A DNA stretch of 64,000 nucleotides from Chrysomallon squamiferum. Taxonomy: Eukaryota > Animalia > Mollusca. The notes beneath the pieces were generated by a model. That model saw only the letters and a list, made by a program, of their open reading frames with translations. It did not search any database and was not told where the DNA came from. Where the stretch lies: NCBI GenBank assembly GCA_012295275.1, contig CM022672.1:22754001-22818000 (forward strand), read 5' to 3'. Made by a program: the position numbers and the translations under genes. Position 1 is the first letter of the stretch, and every line of letters begins with the position of its first letter. Below, in pieces: positions 1-10,515 of this stretch.

Positions 1-28
1 AAAAAGGTTGAGTACCACTGCTCTAGGC
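1..28. mobile_element. Right terminus of a hAT (Charlie/Buster-type) DNA transposon or MITE, cut off by the window edge
   Basis: AAAAAGGTTGAGTACCACTG (1-20) resembles the typical hAT-Charlie end AAAGGTTGAGAACCACTG. It is followed by CTCTAGGC (21-28), an NNNTANNN-type 8-bp target site. Confidence 0.55.
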
Positions 29-760
29 AATCCCCAACTGAATTCGTGCAAGATTCAAAACCAGATATCACAATTACAAGGTAAAGTATGTTTTTCACTA
101 CGTAAAGTAAAATTTGCATGCTCTGTTGCTTTTGTCATTTAGTATAGATCATCCAGCAATAAGTAACCAAGCATTTGTTTGTAATGATGGAGCTGTTTCA
201 TGCACGTGCTCTGTCTACTGCAGGCAGACCTTTTTAAAACAATGTCACAAGAGGGCATTAAGTGTATTTGGGGTACAGTGGCTCACTTTGACAAGTGATT
301 CACTGTGCCTCGGAAAATGTTCAAAAATTTATTATTTATTAACCTACTTTTATTTTCCTGAACGTAATTATTTTGTATTCTTAATATACCCTCTTAATTA
401 GCAGTTTTTATTTTATCATTGCTATCTTTGTTATCAACAACATCTTTTTAAGCACAGTTATTTTGGTATTTATCAAATTTTCATTTTTAAGAATAAATAC
501 AATGTTTGTGAACATTAAATTGGAATATGGAGTCTATTTTTAACATTTGATTTACTGTGCGCCGGCACCAGTCCACAATGAATAATTTTTTTTTTTTTAA
601 TTTTTTTTTTTTAATTTCTATTCAGAAAAAAAATGGTGGCAATTGTCAGGTTATAAGTAAACATATTTTATAGAGGTGGAGTTTTTCTGTCATTTCCACC
701 ATCAACATTAAGCTTGCTGACTTCAACATAGAAATAATAGTGAACAGAAGATTTCCGATC

Positions 761-834
761 CACGTTCGCCGGTTTACCATAAATTCCATAATAGTATCAG
801 TCGTTTAATTATAGTAACATAATTCGGAATTCCC
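761..834 (+). promoter_or_regulatory. Putative IAP-A promoter elements including a kappaB-like site
   Basis: CGGAATTCCC at 825-834 (reverse complement GGGAATTCCG). The block CACGTTCG(C/G)CGGT...AAATT(T)CCAT at 761-789 is shared with the IAP-C upstream region. Confidence 0.45.
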
Positions 835-974
835 ACTGTTTATTTTTATCACCGGAAGAAAATTCTGACGAATGGGATCTACGGATCTTTACAATCTGTA
901 TTCTGCAAAAGTGTAGCGGACGCCATTAACACTCGCTAACAACACGAAGAAAATAGTTTCTCGAAATTAACAAA

Positions 975-1724
975 ATGTCTTCTTTAATCACATCTGATAT
1001 TGAAACTGATTCAGTAGCAGTGAATTCAGACCCAACTGTACTTTTTAACAACAACAGTAATTCTGGGAATCGTCTCCAAGAAGCTGAAATGTTAAGTAAA
1101 AGATTACTGACTTTCAAAAATTACAAAGGCAAGAAAAGTCCTCTGCAACTGGCAATGGCTGGGTTTGTGTACACAGGTACCTCTGATAAGGTTGTTTGCG
1201 AATCCTGTGGTATCAGGTTGTTTAATTGGATTGGAAACGAGGACCCTTTGCAAGAACACAGAAAACATACATCTGGTTGTAGTTTTATTAGAGCAAAATT
1301 CAGCGGAGATTCAGAATATAATAAATCGGATTCTACTTCTAGTAGTATTCCAAAATACAGGGAATACGAGAGCTGTGATAAAAGATTGGAAAGCTTCATT
1401 GGATGGCCGCTCGTATCGCCCTTGCAGAAGCCCAGTATTTTGGCTCGTTCTGGATTTTTCTACATGGGATCGGCGGATCGCGCAAGATGTTTTCATTGTG
1501 GACTAACTTTGCTCAATTGGGATGATGATGATTTTCCGCCAGATGTTCACAAAGAATGGGCTACGAACTGTGAATTCGCAAACAAACTGGACATTGATGA
1601 AATAAGGAAAATGGTTGAAGTTGAGAAATCGGACATGGACTCGAAAAAGAAAAAGAATGTTGTTGAAAAGAGTTGTGATAAAGCCGAAACCGACAACCAG
1701 TTCCAGGCAGTTTTGGAAACCTGA
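975..1724 (+). CDS. IAP-A: baculoviral IAP repeat protein, 2 BIR domains, truncated before the UBA, no RING (possibly decaying)
   Basis: 249-aa intronless ORF with two intact C-x2-C-x16-H-x6-C BIR motifs (CESC..H..C; CFHC..H..C) and RLxTF/AGFxY motifs. Stops at QAVLET*, the start of the UBA. Confidence 0.85.
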   Translation: MSSLITSDIETDSVAVNSDPTVLFNNNSNSGNRLQEAEMLSKRLLTFKNYKGKKSPLQLAMAGFVYTGTSDKVVCESCGIRLFNWIGNEDPLQEHRKHTSGCSFIRAKFSGDSEYNKSDSTSSSIPKYREYESCDKRLESFIGWPLVSPLQKPSILARSGFFYMGSADRARCFHCGLTLLNWDDDDFPPDVHKEWATNCEFANKLDIDEIRKMVEVEKSDMDSKKKKNVVEKSCDKAETDNQFQAVLET

Positions 1725-1824
1725 ACTTAACAAAAGCTGGCTCTGATTTTCCAGATGCAGAAACGCTTTTCAAACTTGAAGACAACTCTTCTTGGAATAT
1801 GCATTAAATCACGCCTGAAAATAT

Positions 1825-2043
1825 TTGAAGCTGAGAAATCGAAGATGGATTCAAAAATTGTTGTTAAAAAGAGTTGTGATAAAGCCCAACAGTAGTTCAG
1901 CCCAGGTCCAGGCAGTTTTGGAAATGGGATACTGTATTGAACTCATTGAAAAGGCCATTGATGATCGGAAAAGAAAAGTTGGTTCTGATTTTCCAGATGC
2001 AGTTTCACTTTTCGAAGCAGTTATGGAACTTGAAGAAAATTGA
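1825..2043 (+). pseudogene. Displaced, out-of-frame duplicate of the IAP-A linker and UBA domain
   Basis: VQAVLEMGYCIELIEKAIDDRKRKVGSDFPDAVSLFEAVMELEEN is nearly identical to the C-terminal UBA of IAP-B. It lies after the IAP-A stop. The linker sequence AAAAGAGTTGTGATAAAGCC occurs at both 1666-1685 and 1867-1886. Confidence 0.7.
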
Positions 2044-2292
2044 GCTGGCTGGCACGTAGGACCCAGTTAGTATTAGATTAGTGTCACGTGACATCTCTTA
2101 GCCAGTAAAATCTCATTTCTGATATAAAGACGTTGCTAAGAATGATTAATGATACGAAAAAGTTCCTGTTTTGTTTTCTTTTAAATAAAAAAATAAAAAT
2201 AAAGGAAGGAGAAATTTAAGTAAAATGCTAACTAATTTTAAATATTTAATATTTAGTAATTAATACTAGAAATTCTTGAATAGTTGTTTAAT

Positions 2293-2710
2293 TTTGTTCT
2301 TTATTTATTTACTTTATATATGTATAATTCCTGAAAATTTCAAAAAATATGTGAAATCACTCAACTGAAAGTTATACGGCAAGAATTCATGATGGTCCAT
2401 GGAAAACCTAGGCATCCTAAAGAAAGAGCAAACAGTGACATTAAGGACATTCTTAGATGGTAGGTGGTAACACATTTTGTCAGTTCGAGAATGTTGAAAA
2501 CAGAGAAAGTAAGTGTTCTGCATTTGCAGCACTAATGCTTGAACTGGCTTGTTATCATCGAACCTCCCTCAGAACATTCTCCAACAATTGCTGTCAGAGA
2601 ATGATCTGCTTCCAGCATTTGAAACCAGAATTTATACATATTCTCTAAATTATCAGGAATTTTAATTATTTCCTGTAAGATATATAAAGTAAATGTAAAA
2701 AAACAAAAAC
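2293..2710. mobile_element. Internally deleted integrase-type (Ginger/KRBA2/SCAND3-like) transposon relic flanked by ~70-80 bp imperfect inverted repeats, copy A
   Basis: 2389-2460 translates MMVHGKPRHPKERANSDIKDILRW, matching the rve motif HGKPRHPQSQGSVERANxDIKxML with an internal deletion. Inverted repeats at ~2293-2358 and ~2627-2710. Confidence 0.6.
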
Positions 2711-3365
2711 TATGTTTTATATGTATACATATATATGTGTGTGTGTGTGTGTGCGAAATAGAAGCATTAGATAAATAACATCAATAACCATTTGTAATTT
2801 GATTTTCATTTTCAGATAACAGTTTCAGGAAGATGACCTGTTCCTGGTATGGCTTCTGTCCATGAAAGTGCATCTTACCAGGAAGAAAAAAAACTAAAGG
2901 ACGACATCCTCAAAGTTTTGTAGGAGAGAAGAAAAGATACTTTTTATGGACACCTGTTCAATTCTGAAAGGTTTTGTTTCACAGTTACGAATGTTTCTTA
3001 AGCTGAAAAATGACAATACAAATATAATTAGTAAGAGTACTGAGTAAATATGATATAATTTAATTGTAGCATTCTAAACGCTGTGATACTAAAGATTGAT
3101 ATGTAACACGTGATAAATTTTCTAGTCAAGTTAGAAACTGTATATCTCAATTTAATTTAGATTGATTGTTCAAGAAAAACAACATCAGAGGAATGACACA
3201 TTTATTTAATTCTGGTGACATTTTAAAAATTAATATTCCAGAACAAAGGATACCTTCATTTAGAAAAATATATTAGCCATTAATTTGTAATATTCAATGT
3301 AAATATGTTGTTTTCAATCAGGTAATGCAGTGGGATTGTTTATTAGTCATCAAATCATTTCAGTT

Positions 3366-4271
3366 GTTATTTTTAGCTGTTTTCTCAGACAAGGATTCCT
3401 TTGTTTATTTTGCTAATTCATTGAAAATATTATACTTGGCATTTATCTCACTTTATATATATATATATACATACTCATATCCCTAATGTAGCCTGTTAGT
3501 ATTTAAATAAATTAATATCAGACAGGATGCAATTTTTTGGGGAGTGGTCAATTTTATCTTTGGTTATTAACATTTTAATTCATCAAAATTTAAAAGAAGT
3601 AAATTGATTTTTGTAATGGGAAAGAAATATTGAGTAAATATTACATAATTTCCTTCATTTATTTTATATTATTTATTTTAACTAATAATAATAATAATAA
3701 CAACAATAAATGATTTTTTAAATATGTAAATATGTTTGAAATATATTGTGATAGATTTGTGGTATTAGTGTTTGTTTATTGTAATCTTATTTGTTTTTTG
3801 ATTGTTTAATCTCATTTGTATTTTCTCTATCATTATCTTAAGCATCTTTCATTCGTATGCAAATCATCTATGAACTGTTATTTTTAGCTGTTTTCTCAGA
3901 CAAGGATTCCTTTGTTTATTTTGCTAATTCATTGAAAATATTATACTTGGCATTTATCTCACTTTATATATATATATATACATACTCATATCCCTAATGT
4001 AGCCTGTTAGTATTTAAATAAATTAATATCAGACAGGATGCAATTTTTTGGGGAGTGGTCAATTTTATCTTTGGTTATTAACATTTTAATTCATCAAAAT
4101 TTAAAAGAAGTAAATTGATTTTTGTAATGGGAAAGAAATATTGAGTAAATATTACATAATTTCCTTCATTTATTTTATATTATTTATTTTAACTAATAAT
4201 AATAATAATAACAACAATAAATGATTTTTTAAATATGTAAATATGTTTGAAATATATTGTGATAGATTTGT
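3366..4271 (+). repeat. 511-bp-period tandem duplication (second unit partial, ~395 bp, apparently identical)
   Basis: GTTATTTTTAGCTGTTTTCTCAGACAAGGATTCC starts at 3366 and at 3877; the match runs to 3760 and 4271 respectively. Confidence 0.9.
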
Positions 4272-4888
4272 TGTTTTAACTATGCAGATATGTGTCTCTG
4301 TGTTTGTTTTGTCTTATAAACAGTTTTAAAAAAAATAGTATAAAAATATTTTATAAAAATTTGTCAATGCATAGTATTATGAATAAAATATAAACACTTA
4401 TTTTGATTTGTTTTCTTATAGTAAAATGATCTTTAGCTACTCATTAAATATCTATTAATTCATTTTTTTTAATTTAGTTTTCAGCTATCCACCATACTCT
4501 GAATGAAAGATCAACCCAGACTTGAAAGCATCTGTAGATAATTGGTAAAAAATCATTGTTTAAGATTTATGACATGAACATACCATTATCACTTAATTTA
4601 TTTTATCTCAAGATCTTAATTCATTGATTTAAACACAATACTCCATGGTTTAGACAAATATGTCTGTAGATTTCTATCAATTATGGACTTAGAAGCTACA
4701 ATGAAGAGTCCTAGGGGTATGAAATATATTTTAGGTTTTGAACTGCTGTATCCCAAAATTATTTAAAATATATTTGTCAATAGTTACATCTTATATATTT
4801 ATTTCATTTATGATTTTTTTTATAAAGCAAGTCTGTAGATTTTATTACCATGATAGATTCAAATATATACATATCTATGGATATAGAT

Positions 4889-4892
<4 letters not shown>

Positions 4893-4938
<46 letters not shown>
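4893..4938. repeat. (AC)n microsatellite
   Basis: Direct inspection. Confidence 0.95.
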
Positions 4939-4940
<2 letters not shown>

Positions 4941-6409
4941 ACCACTGAGACTGTATTATGTGACTAGCTGCCATGTTTTTTTAACTGAATTTTGGTATAT
5001 TTTTAAGATTGAAACATTTATTTTTAGCATGACCAATGTTAAATGTAAATATTTAAATAAGAAACAAAACAAAAAACAACACTTTTTTATGTGTATTTTT
5101 TTAAAGTTTTTCCATCATTGAAATGAAAAAAACTTGTGTTGTAATATAAAATATTCTAAATCTTTTTTTCATTTTTTTATACTTATTTTGTTGAATATTT
5201 TTATGCTTTGATTTTGTCTTTGTAGGCAAACAAAAGAGCGGATGTATTGAAATTGTCTGCAACTTGTAAATAACAACAATTTTCCAAAGTATTTGCCACT
5301 ACATACCAGTATCGAGTATGAATGTCAAGACATCAAAAGATTACTCTTCTACAGAAACTGCTGAAGACAGCTATAATAGTGATGTCTTCATTTTTCAAAT
5401 TATTATTGTCAATAAGAACGTTTTTATATCGGTCAAAAGATTTAGTCGCAGATAAAAATATAGATTAAAAAAAAATGTTCATTTATTAATGCAAAATAAA
5501 CTGACAAATATATTGCATTTCAAAACTGTTAACCACTTTAAAAAAATAAATAAATATATTTTTTTAACATTATAATGAATTTCAAAATATAAACAATTAA
5601 TTTGCACAATCTTGTTTAGTAAAATGTTTTTTTTATAAAGACTGTAATTAAATATCCATTAATGAATTAATTTTTTTTTTTTTGGCCTGTGTTCAACATA
5701 CCCTGAATAAAAGAGTTGTCGGTCTTGAATGAATAACGGTTTTATTCCCCACCCCACCCCAATCAGTAATTTTGATATTATTCTGCAGGTGAACTTAAGA
5801 AATTCGTGCACTGCCGCTTTATGTCAAGTGGCTTTTACACAATAAATACGGAATTTATTTTCCATTTAAATATCTATTAAGCATAACCGATCTATTTTGT
5901 TTTTCAACATTTTATGGTCAATTTTACCTCTTTCCCTGTTTCGGATTTTCAATTCTTTGTTTATGCGAAATGCCCTAAACATAATAGACTGATATATAAA
6001 CATTATCACTGACCAGACATAATGGTAAGTGTGTTGGATTCAGATAATCATCGCAAAGCATCGTATGAAATTTATCATACTTGGAGAGCTTAGCCTCTGA
6101 CATCCATACGTTTACACAATGAAGTTTTTCAAGCAGTCTATAGAACATAGAAAAATGTGTGTTGCAGATTGCTGTGCTGATTTCAAATACCAGTATACAA
6201 TTCTAAAACATATCGCTTTATTTCGCTATCAATATTTTAAAACGTGATAAGTTTATAAGATGGTCCTTAATAATTAGGATAATATTTCTTAATGGTTTTC
6301 TTTCTTGTCGAGTTTCTCCTTTGATTAGTTGTACCGCTTTCAGTTGACATTTAGCTGTTCAGATATCCTCTATGGATTAGTTGAACGGATGGTATGAAAT
6401 ACAATACCC

Positions 6410-6750
6410 GTAATTGTAATGACAATGATAATGACAATGACAATGATAATTACTTTCTTGTCATAAACTGTAGGTTTACACTACAGAGAAGATTGTATTA
6501 CACCTATATAATAACTAAATTAAAAAGCACAAGTTTAACGTTGAGGATATACTCTCTCACATATAGTTCTTATTATCAAACATAGCTTTTTCAATACAAA
6601 TATATTTTTACTTTTAAATTATTATATGAAATTATATTTGGATGTCTGATATATTTGTCTCATTATACCTTTTCTCGCACTTAATAAAATAGGATCATTA
6701 CATTCAAATATATAGACTGTAACAGACTGTATATGTTCATAATCCATTTA
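6410..6750 (-). mobile_element. Possible non-LTR retroelement 3' remnant with (ATTGTC)n tail, within a block present only in duplication copy A
   Basis: (GACAAT/GATAAT)n at ~6416-6450. The segment ~6095-6760 has no counterpart in copy B, where 14160 joins almost directly to the homologue of 6761. Confidence 0.35.
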
Positions 6751-7026
6751 TAATCCTATTCTGCACATTACCTGATTTTTAAAGCTAATTTCTTGATTCT
6801 TTGAAAGCACAGCAAGTGAAATATATCGAGTAACTAAAACAATATTTTTAGAAATATAGGTTATTAATTACCTACACATAACCAAGAATGTGTAAAATCA
6901 AGTAACAGTAAATAAATAAATATTCCTTTTGACGACATGCTTCGCTATTTTATGTTTTAATAATTCTGATAAGCATTTATATATCAAGAATAACTACGTG
7001 AAGCAGTTTATAATAAATAAGCTACA

Positions 7027-7028
<2 letters not shown>

Positions 7029-7072
<44 letters not shown>
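7029..7072. repeat. (GT)n microsatellite
   Basis: Direct inspection; not expanded at the paralogous site near 14465. Confidence 0.95.
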
Positions 7073-7074
<2 letters not shown>

Positions 7075-8261
7075 ATTTATTTATCGCGTTTTAATCATAT
7101 ATAGCTCTTCTTTATTACTTAAACTTTCAATTATTATAGACGAGGTTTTAATTTCTTTTATAAATTATCAACGCTTATTGTGGCTAATGAACACATCCGA
7201 GAAATGAGAAATGAATCGAAATATCAAGCGCTAGAAAATAATAGTACTGCAACATTATTAAATAACCTTTATATTCATCAACTATTATGAAAATACTTAA
7301 CAAAAAGTTTAGTTAATTTCCGTATTAAACGTTGGATGTATTAAAGCCTACGTTTACAAAATTTAGAACCGACAAAATACCATCAGGCTCACTTGATTTT
7401 CTGAAGAGTCGTAATGAAAAAGTTTGTACAAGTAATTTAAAACACATGCTTCAAAATTAAATTTTCTTTGGTAATTTTCTTGACATGTCATGATTTATGT
7501 TTTTCTTCTTGTATGTGTCTTGATTTAGTCTGCTTTGCCTTTGTAGTGAATGCAAATACAGTCATGCAGTAGCAAAATCAGTTACAATATTACGTATACA
7601 CCGATATCTAATAATTAAATACAATAAAAGAAGACTAATTTGGCATTATTTCATTAACTTAATTCACTTACACTTAATAACATCTTGAAATAAATAAATA
7701 AATAAAAGAAAATAATGTATATAACCTATCATGATTATATCATTAGATAACTAAACAAAGAAAATACTTCTTTATCATTGTCGAAATAGTTTTCGAATCA
7801 TAATGTGTTCAAATATACCTCATGTTGTTCATGCATAGGGTAAAAATTGCCAGGATACTTTTATCTGTCTTTGTAAATAAAATAAAAATAAATAAAATAA
7901 TAAAATAATAAAATAACAAAATAAAATAAAATGAAATGAAATTAATTAATGAATTAATTAAATAATAATAAATACAAATTAACGGTAATATTTACAAAAA
8001 GTGCTTACATATTATCAGTAATAATATAATCGATGTTTATCTAATCACAAAGTAAACTGCTCTATTCTGGTTGCATACGTCCTCTCTAAAAAAAGAAATG
8101 AGCTGGCTATATTTCCGTCATATCTATTTGTATGCGACGAACGGCTATTGAGGATCTTTATCATGTGTACTTATTAGTTGTGCAAAATTGTAGCTGACGC
8201 TATAAACTAAACCTAATGATAAGAACCGAACAGTTTGAAATAGTTTCTCGAAATTAACAAA

Positions 8262-9200
8262 ATGTCTTCTTTACCCAATTCCGATATTCAAACTGATTCA
8301 GTAGCAGTGAATTCAGTCCCAAGTGTACTTTTTTATCATGGAAATCGTATCCATGAAGCTGAAATGTTAAGTAAAAGATTAGTGACATTCAAAAATTACA
8401 AAGGCAAGAAAAGTCCTCTGCAACTGGCAATGGCTGGATTTGTGTACACAGGTACGTCTGATAAGGTTGTTTGCGAATCCTGTGGTATCAGGTTGTTCAA
8501 CTGGACTGGTGAAGAGGACCCTTTGCAAGAACACAGAAAACATGCATCTGGTTGTAGTTTCATTACAGCAATATTTTCGACAACCGGAGATTCAGGATAT
8601 AATAAATCGGATTCTACTTCTAGTAGTACTCCAAAATACAGGGATTATGAGAGCTATGAAAAAAGGTTGGAAAGCTTCATTGGATGGCCGCTCGTATCGC
8701 CCTTGCAGAAGCCCAGTATTTTGGCTCGTTCTGGATTTTTCTACATAGGATCGGCTGATCGCGCAAGATGTTTTCATTGTGGACTAACCTTGCGCGATTG
8801 GGACGATGATGATTTTCCGCCAGTTGTTCACAAACAATGGGCTACGAACTGTGAATTTGCTGACAAACTGGACATTGATAAAATAAGGAAAATTGTTGAA
8901 GTTGAGAAATCGAACATGGACTCGAAAAATAAAACGAATGATGTTGAAAAGAGTTGTGATAAATCCGACACCAGTTCTTTTGTGAAACCTGTGAACAGCG
9001 TTGTGGCTCAAGCAACAACAACCTCCGATAGCTCGAGCAGTAATTACCCCCATAGCCCAGCGATCCAGGCAGTTTTGGATATGGGATGCTCTATTGAACT
9101 TATTCAAAAGGCTATTGATGATCGGAAAAGAAAAGTTGGTTCTGATTTTCCAGACGCAGTTTCACTTTGCGAAGCAGTTTTGGAACTTGAAGAAACCTGA
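8262..9200 (+). CDS. IAP-B: baculoviral IAP repeat protein, BIR-BIR-UBA, no RING
   Basis: 312-aa intronless ORF with two intact BIR zinc motifs. The IAP-type UBA (SPAIQAVLDMGCSIELIQKAI...FPDAVSLCEAVLE) is followed directly by the stop. No RING exon recognised downstream. Confidence 0.9.
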   Translation: MSSLPNSDIQTDSVAVNSVPSVLFYHGNRIHEAEMLSKRLVTFKNYKGKKSPLQLAMAGFVYTGTSDKVVCESCGIRLFNWTGEEDPLQEHRKHASGCSFITAIFSTTGDSGYNKSDSTSSSTPKYRDYESYEKRLESFIGWPLVSPLQKPSILARSGFFYIGSADRARCFHCGLTLRDWDDDDFPPVVHKQWATNCEFADKLDIDKIRKIVEVEKSNMDSKNKTNDVEKSCDKSDTSSFVKPVNSVVAQATTTSDSSSSNYPHSPAIQAVLDMGCSIELIQKAIDDRKRKVGSDFPDAVSLCEAVLELEET

Positions 9201-9442
9201 GCTGGCTGGCACGTAGGACCCTGTTAGTATTAGATTAGTGTCACGTGACATTATCCCTTAGCTAGTAAAATCTCATTTCTGATACAAAGACGATGCTAAG
9301 AATGATTAATGATATGAAAAAGTTCCATGTTTTTAAAAAGAAAAACGAAAAAGAAAAGAAATGATTAACTTATGTAAAATGCTAATTTAAAATATTTAAT
9401 ATTTAGTAATTAAATTCTAGTAACGCTTTAATTGTTGTTGAA

Positions 9443-9880
9443 TTTTGTTCTTTATTTATTTACTTTATATATGTTATAGGAATATGTATAATTCCTGAAA
9501 TTTTCAAATAATATGTGAAATCAGTGAACTGAAAGTTATACGGCCAGAATTCATGATGGTCCATGGAAAAACTAGGCATCCTAAAGAAAGAGCAAACAGT
9601 GACACTCAGGAAATGCTTATTTGATGGTTAGATGGTAACACATCTTGTCAGTTCGAGAATGTTGAAAACAGAGAAATTAAGTGTTCTGCATTTGCAGCAC
9701 TGATGCTTGGACTGGCTTCTTATCATCTAACCTCCCTCAGGACATTCTCCAACGATTGCAGTCAGAGAATGATCTACTTTCAGCATTTGAAATCAGAATT
9801 TATACATATTCTCTAAATTATCAGGAAATTTTATTATTTCCTGTAAGATATATATAAAGTAAATGTATAAAAGAAAGAAA
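9443..9880. mobile_element. Integrase-type transposon relic with inverted repeats, copy B
   Basis: 9553-9627 translates MMVHGKTRHPKERANSDTQEMLI*W. Inverted repeats at ~9443-9522 and ~9796-9880. Confidence 0.6.
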
Positions 9881-10515
9881 AAAAAAGATGTTTGGTATAT
9901 ATGTGAAATAGAAGAATTAGATAAACAAAATCAATAACCATTTATAATTTGATTTTCGTTTTCAGATGACAGTTTCAGGAAGATGAGCTGTTCCTGATAT
10001 GGCTTCTGTCCATGAAAGTGCATCTTACCAGGAAGAAAAAAAAACTACAGGACGACATCCTAAAAGTTTTGTAGGAGAGAAGAAAAGATACTTTTTATGG
10101 ACACCTGTTTAATTCTGAAAGGTTTTGTTTCACAGTTACGGATGTTTCTTAAGCTGAAAAATGACAATACAAATATAATTAGTAAGAGTACTGAGTAAAT
10201 ATGATATAATTTAAATTGTAGCATTCTAAATGGTGTGATCCTAAAAATTAATATGTAACACGTGATAAATTTTCAAGTCAAGTTAGAAACTATATATCTC
10301 AATTTAGTTTAGATTGTTTGTTGAAGAAAAACAACATCAAAGGAATGACACATTTATTTAATTCTGATGACATTTTAAAAATTAATATTCCAGAACAAAG
10401 GATACCTTCATTTAGAAAAATATATTAGCCATTAATTTGTAATATTCAATGTAAATATGTTGTTGTTAATCAGGTAATGCAGTGGGATTGTTTATTAGTC
10501 ATCAAATCATTTCAG

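Larger units (their letters stand above)
867..7690 (+). repeat. Tandem segmental duplication, copy A (IAP-A plus downstream non-coding DNA)
   Basis: Colinear similarity with 8136-15270, e.g. 2041-3360 vs 9198-10515, 4420-4655 vs 12896-13102, 6761-7530 vs 14196-14950, 7582-7690 vs 15166-15270. Boundaries approximate. Confidence 0.9.

Noticed and set aside
114-401. 95-aa Cys-containing ORF
   Set aside because: Non-ATG start and no recognisable domain; likely intronic, UTR or repeat-derived sequence.
975-9200. Viral (baculovirus-like) iap genes or an endogenous virus
   Set aside because: No viral genes nearby; the UBA domain, shared promoter motifs and tandem position with intron-containing IAPs favour host paralogues.
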